Shown: one piece after another, positions 11,430-23,210 of the stretch | Layout of the letters: every line of letters begins with the position of its first letter | Position numbering within the stretch: the stretch's first letter is position 1 | Source of the DNA: Balanoglossus misakiensis | Lineage: Eukaryota > Animalia > Hemichordata | Length of the DNA: 64,000 nt | Direction of reading: 5' to 3' | NCBI GenBank assembly: GCA_040954595.2 | Contig: CM082579.2 | Span: forward strand, 16,340,856 to 16,404,855 | Made by a program: the position numbers and the translations under genes | The notes under the pieces: generated by a model | Told to the model about the DNA's origin: nothing | Seen by the model: the letters and a program-made list of their open reading frames with translations, nothing else | The model's database searches: none

Positions 11430-14072
11430 GACTGCGCAGCTGGAAGTTAAAGTTCAGCATGTTCTGAAGCATGCACGCTGTGTCCAGGGGTTTCATGTGT
11501 GGAACAGCCAGCCTCTCATCACCATCACAATGCGGACTGGGATATTTTGCCAACAATGGAAGTATAGACTGTACGCCTTGTCCTGCCCCGGGTATAAGTG
11601 CCAATATGATGGTATGTCGGAGCCAGAGGTGTGTGAAGATGGATACTACACTAATATAGATGGTGAGTCAGCACTTAAAGTTTGGGCATTACTGTGTAAT
11701 CTTTCACTTAAAGGCACGTAAGCTGTAACTTTTGGGATAATTTTCATAATTTTTGTTTAAAACTGCACTACCATTAGTCCATGCAGATGAAGGCAGTGAA
11801 CTATACACAAGCATTATAAACCCTAAATATGAGTGCATATGCAAGTTTTAACCAGATAAATAATAAAGCTTTGCCGCAAGCGATTATGGCCGCCACCCTG
11901 GGAAAATGCAAGAAACAATGAAAATGTTGCATTTCCGGTTGTGAAACTTCATAAACAAAACATGATCATATCCACTTGAGCTCATGGAAGTAAATGTACA
12001 CCACTGAGACATCAGATTTCCATTTTTCATTGCAATATTGCACTTTTTTTAAAATTGCAGGAATTTTTGTTTTTTCTTTAATTTTTGGCCATTGTGTCAT
12101 AAATAAGTGTTGAGCTTGATATATTATCATGAAATATCATTTAATAGACATAATTAAAAGCATATATGAGATTATTTAAAACTTTAATTTTTTTATCCAG
12201 TTGCAGCTTACGTGCCTTTAAGGCGGACGATCATCTTATGTGCATGTACGTAATTCTGTGCGTACAAACATTACGTCCAGTCCAAATATTCTGCCAATTT
12301 TACATCCAATGCATTCAAATAGTGGACTGCTTCGCTTTCATCCAGTCATGTGCATCGTATAAGTAGACTTTTGTTTTGTCCCGTCTTTTCACCAAATTTG
12401 CTCTTTTCCAAATCTCCGACACAGACTATGATCGTCACGATCTTGTCTGTTGTTAGAACAGCACACTGCCGTATGGCATTGACTGTACACAGTTTCTGTT
12501 ACCAATATCTCTGGATTGGCATTTTCCTGTCCTCAATCTTTTGCCAGGGATTTTTGTCTCCCCAACCCGCGTGAGAATCCCACGTCTTTGAAGGTATGAC
12601 TGTGACTATAAGATTCTATAAATCTCTGTTTATTTTCAGCACAAACATCATGTGCTGATTGCCCAGCTGGTAACCAATGTCCAAATGGTAACTCTGTGAT
12701 TTTATGCTCGGCTGGTTATTACAGTTCGGCCTTGGACAAAGGATGTCTCGCTGTACCTCTTGCATAACAGGTAAACTTCTACCCACCCACCTTTATTTCC
12801 AACATCAAACATTAGGTCAGGTAATTTACTAACTGAAAAATAGGATGGGATCATTTTCTATTTCTGTATTTAAAATTTACTGATATAATATATGAATGAA
12901 AAAATGACAATTTTTCCAAATTTGAATAGACCTCTATTTATGAAAATAATTTAAATTTGCACCAAATTTTTACAGTGGTATTCAAAGGTTAACTTGGTGT
13001 GTAAATTCTCTGTTTGATTTACAGATCAGCTGGTGCTGAACATTGTACTATTTGTGAGCAAGGGTACGCCTGCATAGATCCCAGTGCATCGCAATTCAAG
13101 TGTACCAAGGGTTACGTGTCATTGGCTGGTGCAACAAACTGTACCAGATGTACAAATGGTAAGATTGTGGTACTTGTTCAGTTTGCTGTGTGATGAAACT
13201 GAGGGGTATGTGTGTATGCATGTATGTGTTTACAACAGATTTTCAAGTCAGTGCGACTGGGGGTATGTGTGTGTGTGTGTGTATGTATGTATGTGTTTAC
13301 AACAGATTATCAACTCAGTGCGAGATCTTGCGAGACCTGGTTAGCCATGTGAGATCTCGCAGAGTCTTATGATATTCAGAAAATGGTTGATTAGAAATGA
13401 CGTTTAATGTCCTCCAAAGAATTTTCTACATGCCTGTATACTTGTCTCAGAATTATGAAGTGAATCATCTCAAGTAATTTGTTATTTTAAATGACACTGT
13501 ATCACAAATACATCACTAAAAACCTCATTTTCTTTAATCAGATGAAATAAGTGAGGAGCCTGCACGCACATCCTGTCTTCTGTGCCCTGCTGGAAAATCG
13601 TGTTCAGATCCAATGTAAGATCCGCTCGACTGTGGCAATGGTGAATATGCTATGGAAGGCGACGGCACATGCACGCCTTGTCCAGTGGGATCCAAGTGTC
13701 CAACCATGTCACCCGTAGTGGATTGTTCAACAGTTACTGGTAAGTTGGGCTGCAAATCACTCTTGTGACTTCCCTGTGTTATAGCATGGCATACACAGAA
13801 AATTAAACTGTTATGCTTATTGGAGATGATATTGTGATGCACTTTGAAAAACACAATGATTCCACTGAAGAGGTATTGTACAGTTAAACCTGTGATTACG
13901 GACATCTCTCTAATAAGGGATCGTTGGACCAAACCATGGTGGTAAAAATCGTTCTTTGAATTTTTTCTGTGATAGGTTCATACTCGCTAGGTTCGGCCAC
14001 GTCCTTCTGGTTATGAATGCACAACTACAAGTGTCACACAGTGCGCTACAGGGCAGTAAAGTGCTGAAGGAG
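11430..14072 (+). pseudogene. Decayed exons encoding CxxCP(A)GxxC Cys-rich repeats (Ephrin_rec_like / GCC2-GCC3 type extracellular protein)
   Basis: AG/GT-bounded exons: 11430-11662 (..QCGLGYFANNGSIDCTPCPA/GYKC..VCEDGYY), 12640-12770 (TSCADCPAGNQCPNG..CSAGYYS), 13025-13158 (HCTICEQGYAC..CTKGYVSLAGATNCTRC), 13542-13739 (SCLLCPAGKSCSDPM*..TCTPCPVGSKCP), 13976-14072. They contain multiple stops and frameshifts, and there is a phase mismatch between 12770 and 13025. Confidence 0.82.
11712..12217. mobile_element. Kolobok-like MITE (family 2)
   Basis: ttaa|aggcacgtaagctgtaact ... agttgcagcttacgtgcct|ttaa: 19-bp TIR (1 mismatch), perfect TTAA TSD, and purine-purine (AG) terminus typical of Kolobok rather than piggyBac (CC). 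Confidence 0.85.
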
Positions 14073-14183
14073 GTAAGTCTTGAAATCCCTTTTCTTCTTG
14101 TCTCGATTTGAACATGGTTCCACAAGTTGTTTACATCACTTGTAGTTTTACATATTTTTTGAGTTCAACAGCTAGCTATACAT

Positions 14184-14850
14184 GGTGTCCTGAGAAGTCA
14201 ACCAGTATGAGAAGTCGGTCTCGGCCAGTACGAGAAGTCGGCCTGTGGGAGAGAACCCTGGTACTTTGTGTTATATATAACTGTTTCACTACGAAATGTT
14301 TCCTTGATGTACAGGAGCTGAGATATTTGTACAAATAGCCGATGAATTTTAAAACTGTCTGTTCACTTTTCATGTACGTCACCGGGGTACGTCAACATCA
14401 GTCACCTGCACTTCTTGAGCTGCGCCAGTAGTCTGTTCCTTGTCACGTTTGTTTGTTTGTTTGTTTGGTGTTGTCTCAGAAAGTATGAATATACACATAC
14501 ATCTTCTATGTATTTTAGTAGGCTTTGAAACAACTCTCTTTAATCAGAAATGTCACAGGAATTTGGCGAACAACCTAAGCTCCTTACGCGGATACGAGGC
14601 TGGGGAACCGGTACGGATGCCAGATGCCATTATTTGAAATGACGTCATTGTGTTGTCAAGAATTTGGGAAATCCGTCCAAATGAAAATATTTAGTGCAAT
14701 TATATTTTATTAAGTGTTGTTATAAGTAATCTGGGTCATTACTGCACTATTCGGGTACAAGTTCAACAACTGGCCGACTTCCCATACTGGCCGACTTCTC
14801 ATGCGCGCGTACTGGCCGACTTCTAATCTGGCCGACTTCTCATGTATTCC
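14184..14850. mobile_element. Unclassified non-autonomous TIR DNA transposon with subterminal repeats
   Basis: Flanked by the direct repeat tatacat (14177-14183 and 14851-14857), with GG...CC termini. The left end has repeated gagaagtcggcc(agt) motifs and the right end has the inverse (act)ggccgacttctc motifs. Confidence 0.78.
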
Positions 14851-14888
14851 TATACATTAGTGAAAATTGGGCAAACTGGTGTTTTCAG

Positions 14889-16937
14889 ACAACTTATGAA
14901 GTCCTTGTCTCAATGGAGGTACCTGCCAACAACAGGTAAATTCTTGTACTGCCACAATTTGCATGTGCACAGAGTGTTACTAGGGAACCAGTTGTGAGAC
15001 AAGTAAGTTTGAATCTGTAGCAGTTAATAATGATAATTATCATTTTTTTATTATGATTTAAACTTCACTGATGTTGTACAAACACAAAAATAGAAAGGGA
15101 TAGCAGCTTAGCTCTATTCCGTTTCGAAAGTTTTTGTTCTTTTAAACTACCTGTGCATTTTTTTTATTTATTCTGATTATGCTAATATGCTAATTTGTCG
15201 GTTTGTCACATCACAATTTTTGAAGGAAACTCACCCCTGATGATCATGGAAAATTTGACCCTTTTCCTTGCAGGACTCAACCAGTGTCAACCAAATCCGT
15301 GCCAGAATGGTGGCTTCTGTCAACCGGCTCGAAATTCCTGCTTTGATCTCACCTGCATATGTACTGGTTGCTACAAAGGTGATAGGTGTGAGATATGTAA
15401 GTATACAGCGCAGTCTCATTCAAATACTGCATGTTTCCTGAGCATAGGTGTAGCCATCACCACAGCAGAGCTTGGAGAGTTCTTGACATCGAATGCAAGA
15501 TTACACTCTTTCCAATCAAAATCACTTTCGTGGCGCATAATGTCTTGATTGTCTTGGTTCAAGAAACATTATGCGCGACTGGCCAATTTTACTGCCTTTT
15601 GTCAACACACATCCACTATGGAAATTCTCACTCCAGGCCAGATAGTGTAAATTTACATATGAGTCTACAGGTGTGCTTGAAGTCAAGTCAAGCATTTGCA
15701 AGGAACCCTCCTCCAGTACACAGGTCTTTGATTTCATGAAGGGAAGCCCTTGCCTCACAGTCACTGCCATGTGATCTATGGAGGTGTGAACAACTTGATA
15801 CCAGCCTAATATAAGTTGTAGGCACAATCACTCCACACACCCTTGCCATAATTCTGCAAGGTTTTTGCCATATCTGTACTGTAGAATGAGTAGCAAGGAA
15901 TAAAATGGCGTCCTTTCTTAATTTCCAGTGCAAAACCCCTGTGATCCCAACCCATGTATGAATGGTGGATTTTGCCAGCAAACATCGTGCAATTTCTATT
16001 CATGCCAGTGTGTGAACTATTACACAGGTGACATCTGTCAAACCATAGACCCTAGAGAAAGAAGGGCGAGCAACTGCGGCAAAGATCAAAGGGTTTGGGG
16101 ATTATCTGTATGATGATGTTTTTTTGTATATAATTAACACCCAGGACAGTCGGACAATGACTTCCTTACTTCGGCACGTGTCGACCCCACCAGTGATGCG
16201 AAAACTTGCCACCAAACTGGCACTACTGCATTTCAGCAGCCACTGCGTTTTTTTCTAAAATTCTAAAAGTATTACGATGTCTGTGCTAATTATTATGGTT
16301 TGGTGTTCGTCTGTCGGTTGAACGGTCATTTCTAGTGCCACAAGCTTCATTTAAAAATTGTAAACAAATCATCCATGTTTTTTGCATGTCCGACTGGGCA
16401 CTCATATTTCTTAGTAACGCTGACACTTTTCGTAATAATTTTATGTTTGCGTGAAGCATTGAAATAAAAATTGTGGTTTAGGGGCATTTTATTTCGGAGT
16501 GCGTGAACAATAAAACAGATTTCACGAAAACAATTTGTAAACAAACTGGGTGGATTATCATGTGTGCGCTATGGCCGCCAGGCAACCCTCGGTACGGTTA
16601 GCTCACAGCCTTGTGAAATACCCGGACTGTTAGACAAAAGATGCTTGTTTTGGACGCTGTCAGACTCAGATTCAAATTCCTGTTTAACTTGTCCAGATGT
16701 GTTCCATAAATAATCGCTGCGTTCAACCACGTTGCAGTTTTCTCGTCTTCTGCGAGATGTTCTGAGGTGTTGTGATAACTTCACACAAAACACGAGACTT
16801 TGCGTTAGTTTATACACAGTTTTTTTGCAAATTGGATTATTGGGATTTATCTGGAAATAATGTATGCAAAAGAACATCATTTCAAGAAAAAACTGGAGTT
16901 GCGCGTCCTTCTTTCTCTAGGGTCCATGGTCAAACAA
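14889..16937 (+). pseudogene. Three further EGF-like exons of the same 8-Cys type (upstream part of the EGF exon run that continues into the next period)
   Basis: 14889-15002 (SPCLNGGTCQQQVNSCTATICMCTECY*GTSCET; stops), 15274-15396 (LNQCQPNPCQNGGFCQPARNSCFDLTCICTGCYKGDRCEI; intact), and 15929-16042 + 16935-16937 (split by a transposon; donor gtgagt at 16938). Confidence 0.85.
16043..16929. mobile_element. Unclassified non-autonomous TIR DNA transposon inserted in an EGF exon
   Basis: Imperfect TIR of about 33 bp: ccatagaccctagagaaagaagggcgagcaact / agttgcgcgtccttctttctctagggtccatgg. TSD tcaaa (possibly gtcaaa). Removing the element restores ATC TGT CAA ACA A|gtgagt and a 117-bp exon. Confidence 0.88.
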
Positions 16938-17415
16938 GTGAGTATATACTTTCAAGACACCCTGCAAACAAACAAGCCATCTTCATTCCGTAGATCTTTT
17001 AAGCTTATTTATACATTGTAAATTTTGATGTGAAACTTTATTGGTCTTGTTGCCAAACTTCTGAAGAAATGAGGATATTGTTTTGAAGGGTATTTTATCA
17101 GTAGGTAACAAATACCATGGCCCTCCATGCAAATACCCACATGGTAAATTAAAACTGTTACAGATGTATTTGATTTCCACATATTGATTACATGTGGGAT
17201 AATATTGGGTGCTGGCAGTTTCAGTAAATGAACTGCTCTTAAAAGTTGGGTGTCAGGGCACCCTTGATTTTGCCTGTTCCAAGTTAGAATAGTCTGTCCA
17301 TATGAATATTTGTTCAGCAAGTTACAAGCAATCGTTTAAGTTTGGAATGAAAAAATAGTGAAATGACTTGTGATGTTAATATGCAATTGTTGGTTGATTT
17401 ACATGCAACCCCCAG

Positions 17416-20400
17416 GACTCGATCAATGTTCTCCCAATCCGTGCATGAACAACGGTATCTGTGAGCCAATCAGTGGATCGTGCAGTGCGTTTACCTGTCG
17501 CTGTCAAGGCTGTATCATTGGAATCACCTGTGACCAAGGTAAATTTATCAGACGAGGAACTGTTTTTCCCCCCTCATACCGGTATATTTGTCATAGCTGG
17601 CAGCTATGAAATTACCTGTATATTTAGGATGTGACAAACCAAATAGGCACTTTCAGGAATTGAGTCCTTTTTGCAATTACTAAGTCCTAAACTCCCAAAA
17701 GTATAATAAGTAATTCTTATTGTTCAGTTATACATTAAGGAGGCTTAGTTATAGGAGAACCCGATAGAACCACAGCTGTCAGAATGGTGGAAACTGTGTG
17801 CTGACGCCCAATTGGTGTACTGAATTCACATGCTCCTGTACAAGCTGTTACTCCGGCGATTTATGTCAGACATGTGAGTGATTTTAAATTTCAGACGAAG
17901 AGGAACATAATAACATAACACATAATCGGCTTGCAGTTGGTTTCTTCCAACCTGTATCAAACAGTGAATAACGACACAATTTTGGGGAAATTTATTAAGA
18001 ATGTGTGTGCCATAAAAGGGGATTGTGTATTTGACCAAACAACAACCTGCACCGTATGGTACACTAAGACACTATTACACCTGTGTCAAAATTTCATTAC
18101 GTTTCTTTTGTTGAACATGGAAGAAATTTGTCACAGTGATGTTCTGTTGACCAACTGAGATTTTTACCACTCAACCCTGACTGCACAAATCTGTTTAAAG
18201 TATATGTAGTAAATATTAACTGTACACAATTTATATCACTTTCTCTTCTGTGCACAGATTTGAATCCGTGTCAGCCCAACCCTTGTCTAAACAGTGGATT
18301 CTGCCAGCAAGTGTCCTGCACCGAGTTCAGATGCCAGAGTTCGCGCTGTTTCATCGGAACCACGTGCGCTGAACGTAAGCAAACCAGTGTCAGATTTGCC
18401 GCACAAAGTAGAAATCGCTGGGCTTTGTCATTGATATTGTCTCAATAAAGTTGCCTGTGATTGTGCAGCTAACCAAGAGACTTATATGCACTACCGTAGC
18501 CATGATGTATACTTTCATTGACTCAAATGCTCATCAGAGTAGATGTTGCTATTTTTCCAACCGTAAATTGAAACATCAGAAAGTTATGACATCAACTACC
18601 CCCACCCCCACCCCACCCCACCCCCAACTAGTAAATATTATAAGATGCTGTAATTATGATAAAGATGGTAGCACCAAGCTTGGATCAAGTGGTCTTCATT
18701 ATCCTTCACACATGAACATGATCACACGGATGTGCAATCTTCTGACAGTCTGCTACAGATTTCACTTCCCACTCAAGTGTGTAAGACCCTAATGTGATAC
18801 TTTTCATTTCTCTCACCCTTAGCGATCAACCAGTGTCTTCTAAACCCATGTCTGAATAACGGAGTGTATCAGCCACTTCAAGGCTCCTGCTCAATCTACA
18901 CCTGCAACTGTCCAACCTGCTACACTTGGCAAACATGTGTTACATGTAAGTCACAAGTTTTTAGGTCCCATTGGTATGTACCATGGGACCTTATGGGATT
19001 GGTTACGTCTGTATGTATGGATGGATGGATGGATGGATGTATGTCTGTATGTCCGTCCACATCGAAAACTTGAAAACCGCAGCGCGTATGACCTCGATAT
19101 TTGGCGTGTAGATGCAGGCAGGGCTGTAGATGGGAGTTTGTTCAAATGAAGATGTCATTGCCAAAAATATGCAAATTAGCTGGGAAAATGTGAAATTGGT
19201 CAAAACTTAAAAACTGGACAACCACTGGTCATATTGATTTGAAAATTGGTATGCATGTACCTTATATCAACCTCATACAATCCTGTATGTTTTGAGCTAA
19301 TATTATCGATTTCCTATTTTTTTTGCATTTTTTTGTATTTTTCCATGTTATTGGTAAAAAGTCTTTGAAATTTAGTATGAAGCCTCCTAATGTTGTCTAA
19401 GTAACCATAGTTTTGTTCAAATTGTTGCAAAATTTGCATATCTATAATTTTGAGCAATATTTGCCATTTTTGGTCAAAAAAATGTTTTTCTTTAAAACCT
19501 CATGCCAGATTGCTTTCCAATTTGGTAGGCATGTTCGTAGGGGTAACCTAAATAATATGTTGTAAAAAAAAAAGATATTTGCATAAATGTGTTATCGGGG
19601 AAACTTTTGCAATTTTTGTCAAAAATTGTTTTCTCTGAAACCGCTTGTCCTATTGCATTGAACTTAGGCAGCATGTTCCTTGTAGTGATTGAAGTAAGAT
19701 ATTGTACAATTTTGGTGATATTTGCATATTTGTGTTTTTGCCACTTTTGAACAAATATTTTCTGTGAAACTGCTCGTTGGATTGCTTTGAAATTAGTTTT
19801 TTCTCTGATTGCTTTGAAATTTAGGATATAATTTCATAACACATACCTGTATATGTGCAACTTTTATTCAGTTCTGAGATCAGAAAGATTAAATATTTAG
19901 CGAGTTTTTTTGGTAAGTTTCTTAGTTTTTGGTTAGCAAATCTTCTCCTAAACAAATTGTCCAGTTGTTTTTAAAGTTACTATTTACAAGGAGTTGTTAC
20001 CTCGAACAAAGACATGTTTACATAACTTAAATAGGCCAGCTGTTACAGAGACCACCAGCTATCAAATTTTAATTACCAGTGGCAGGTCAGTGTGTGTCTG
20101 TTCCAGGGCTGACTGAAAGAAGTTGCTTCGCATATGTGTTTGTACAGACAATTTTTGGTCATTTTTTTTTCTAGCACCACTTGTAAGACTGCCATGACAC
20201 ATGATAGTTTATTGGGCATGTTCCTTGTTAATGTTTTTACATTCCATATTTCTATATGGTCAGATCATATCTGCTTGCAAATGTCACCTGTAATTTTTAT
20301 TCTGGTGTGTCACTGTTTCCGCATAATCCTCAAATGTCATCAGATCTCCGAATGTGATGAAAACAGTGTGTTTTGAGTGTTTTTTAAATGACCTTTTGGG

Positions 20401-21003
20401 TTAAAAGTGGCAAAAATGGCAATTTTGTCTTGAAAGGGGTCAATAAGACTGACTTTTTTGGAATCAGCACCATTTTTTACATTGAATGGACTAGTCTGCT
20501 CAAACTTTCCTTACCAACAATTCTGTTTAATCTTCTGTAACATGTATACTAGTATACATGTAGCTGCCTGATAGTTTGCCCTGCGTGTGTAATTGCTGAG
20601 TGACATAACGCATTCTGTGATTGGTGCAGTCACGTAACCACCAATAAGATCGCTTGTTATAAGGAGAACTGCACGACCTTTAACCGCATTAGCATACCTG
20701 ATTTTTAGGGCTCGATATTACCTCTGAGGACGCAATATTTAAGTTGAAGTTTTTTTTCTTTTATCATATTAGAGCAAGAAGACTTGTTTTTATGTAAAAG
20801 AAATAAACCTTAATATACAGAGTGCATTTTGAAACGATAGGCAGGTCCGGCCCATAGCCTAATTCTTCATTTTTCTGTCTTGCGTAGGAATTGATCAGTG
20901 CTAACAACCCATGTCAAAATGGCAGCACTTGCCAACCCTAACCTCGTGTGGGGCATTGACGTGCACCTGCCAAGGATGCTATACTGGGAGCGCTGTGAAA
21001 ATT
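17416..21003 (+). pseudogene. Period-2 copy of the EGF exon run (four exons deleted, one truncated)
   Basis: Exons 17416-17538, a 5'-truncated exon ending at 17873, 18258-18374, 18823-18945 and 20888-21003. Confidence 0.85.
18959..20226 (+). mobile_element. Period-2 copy of the HINE/DINE-1-like element
   Basis: Near-identical to 4204-5470. Confidence 0.55.
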
Positions 21004-21505
21004 GTCAGTCAGTTTCTTTTGTCAAATTAATCAATATGTGTGGGACTGCTATACATGTATATAAAACAGAATACTGCGATGGAAAATTCTATAACTTAAT
21101 GTTTCACTGGATATATGACTTAAAGTTAGCAGGATGCAGTGAATTCAACAGAAAGTGTAATTTCCTCTTGTGTGAGCTCTGTGCGACTGTGCCAATGAAA
21201 ATCTCACCACAAACAAAAATGACAGGTATACACTGTATATTAGCAGCTTTGTCTCTGTAATAGCCATAGTGTTTTGAAGTTGAAAACTTGCAAAGTGTGC
21301 AGTTTTATTCACACTACAAAGGAAACATTGTTGAAACGGATTATCTGTGTACATTGTCAAACTGTACACTTGTCGCGAGATTTATTCTCAATTATATTAT
21401 ATCATGCTACCGTCCGCAATTCTGATTGGACGAGAGCTAAATCCAGCGATGCTAAAATACTCAATAATGCACTGCTGACAGTGGTAAAACGGGCTTTCTG
21501 TTTGC

Positions 21506-22690
21506 CACATGGGTTTGTTCTTTAGGTTGTTGTATGTGTTTACACTCATCATGTTTATTGTAGAACCAGGGTCGATCAGTGAGGCAACTGCTGTTTGTTC
21601 TATCAGCACTGTTACTTGAGGCCTCCTGCCATTTGATTGTTGTTCAGTGAAGCAGTATTCATCTCCCGAGCTGTCTTCCACTTTATGCACAGCTTTGACA
21701 GTTTCATCCTTGTCTACCCTATTTGCCTTGTCTTTTGATCGGTAGCATTTGGCAAAATAGTTAGGTTTGCCACACTTCCTGCATGACTTGCCTTTAGCTG
21801 GACATACTGAGTCATGTGGATAGGTGCCACCACAATAATAACAAGTGGGCGGTCCTTTCGCTGGCTGCTGATGAGCTCTCTTTTGTTTATTTGGTTTCGG
21901 GCGTTGGTGGCGCTGTTTTCTGACCGCATTCACAGATGCCGTATCTGCACCATAATTTTGGGTTTTCTCCTCAATCCCACTAGCCTGAACCTCTGATACC
22001 TCAAATGAACAGGCTGTACTCAGTAGATTCTCTAGTGTCGTCTCCTCCCGAAGTGCACGACGTCTGAGACGGGCTGATGTGAATCCTCGTATGATTTGTG
22101 ATTTGACCTCTTGATCCTTATTGGTGAAGTCACATATGTTTCTGCTAGGCGTTGCAAACAAGTGTGATAGGCATCAATCGATTCGCCGTTGTTTTGTATG
22201 ATGTCTCTGAAGATAAATCGTTCGTATTCAATGTTCCGTTTGGGTGAGAAGTATGACGAAAGCTTTAATTTGGCTGTTTCACAGCTAGTTCCTGTATCTG
22301 GTAGAGTATCAAAGAAGTCGGAAACTTCCTCACCTGCCCAGTGCAATAGCAGTGCACGTTGTCGCTTGTCATCTGTAATGTTGAATGCGACAAATGCGTT
22401 TTCTACTCTAGCCATGTACTTTTTCCATCTCGTACTGGTGGTTGTCGGGTCTGAATGAACAGGAAAACTCGGCATTGACGGCTAGCTGATTCTCCATGTT
22501 CTCCGTCCTCGTCGCCAAATATAGAATCGTTGGTGGGCAATAATGACAACACGAGACACCAAGTCCGGCATGTAAGAGTGAGAGTGCCTAGCCTCGTTCA
22601 CGCACTTTATTCATAATGACCCGAATGTTGCATTACGTCATTTTACAGAATGTATAAAGTATAGATGCTCACTAGTGTTTGGACACTACA
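21506..22690 (-). mobile_element. Period-2 copy of the truncated Ty3/Gypsy element
   Basis: ORFs 22032-22475(-) and 21397-22161(-); LTR at about 22520-22690; PBS at 22506-22517. Confidence 0.9.
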
Positions 22691-22874
22691 ATATACATGT
22701 GACTGCAGTGTCTTTCCAATCATGAATTTGCGAGGTGTCCTTCGGAGAAAATCTTCTGATTCTCTTTTCTGATTTGCTTTGCATATTTAACTTAATGATC
22801 TCATTTGTTGGAATTCCCTGTCTCAAATTTTTGATGATCAGTCTCTGCCCCATTGCTCATCGTCCCAACTTTCT

Positions 22875-23210
22875 GATGATATATGGATGATATATGGGAT
22901 CAAATCTTTGGTCGTGTATTTGCTACAAATGGTAGGTATTGGTTCGTGATTGAGTCTTTGTGTTGTATATTTGGGGTCGCAGTGGTATGAGTTTGGATTT
23001 ATGCCAATCTTTAAGTTAAGTGTTATTTGGGTTGCCGTTGAGCATTGATGGCTTGATAAGTGGGGCTAGGGTCAATTTTGATTGGGTTTGGATTGTTTGG
23101 GCTATGATAGGTTGGGTGATGGCTAGGATTTGTGGTGGGTATAAGGTGTGGTGTAAGAGATGGAGGCATTATGGGGTCTGGTGAGGTTTTTGTGAAGGAG
23201 GCCATGGTGG
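22875..23210 (-). repeat. Period-2 copy of the dispersed satellite B fragment
   Basis: Near-identical to 8119-8454. Confidence 0.9.

Larger units (their letters stand above)
1..16985 (+). repeat. Tandem segmental duplication, period 1 (16,985 bp; phase set arbitrarily by the window start)
   Basis: The sequence at position 1 (ttccgtagatcttttaagc) recurs at 16986 and 31797. The ORF track repeats almost identically at offset +16985, then +14755 to about +14760, and +14811 at the end of the unit. Confidence 0.97.

Noticed and set aside
13203-13325. Two-copy duplication of about 58 bp with (TG)n/(TATG)n
   Set aside because: Ordinary intronic microsatellite-associated duplication.
14191-14842. 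CRISPR-like short repeats (gagaagtcggcc / ggccgacttctc)
   Set aside because: They are inverted subterminal repeats of a TIR element with a TSD. There are no unique regular spacers or cas genes, and the context is eukaryotic.
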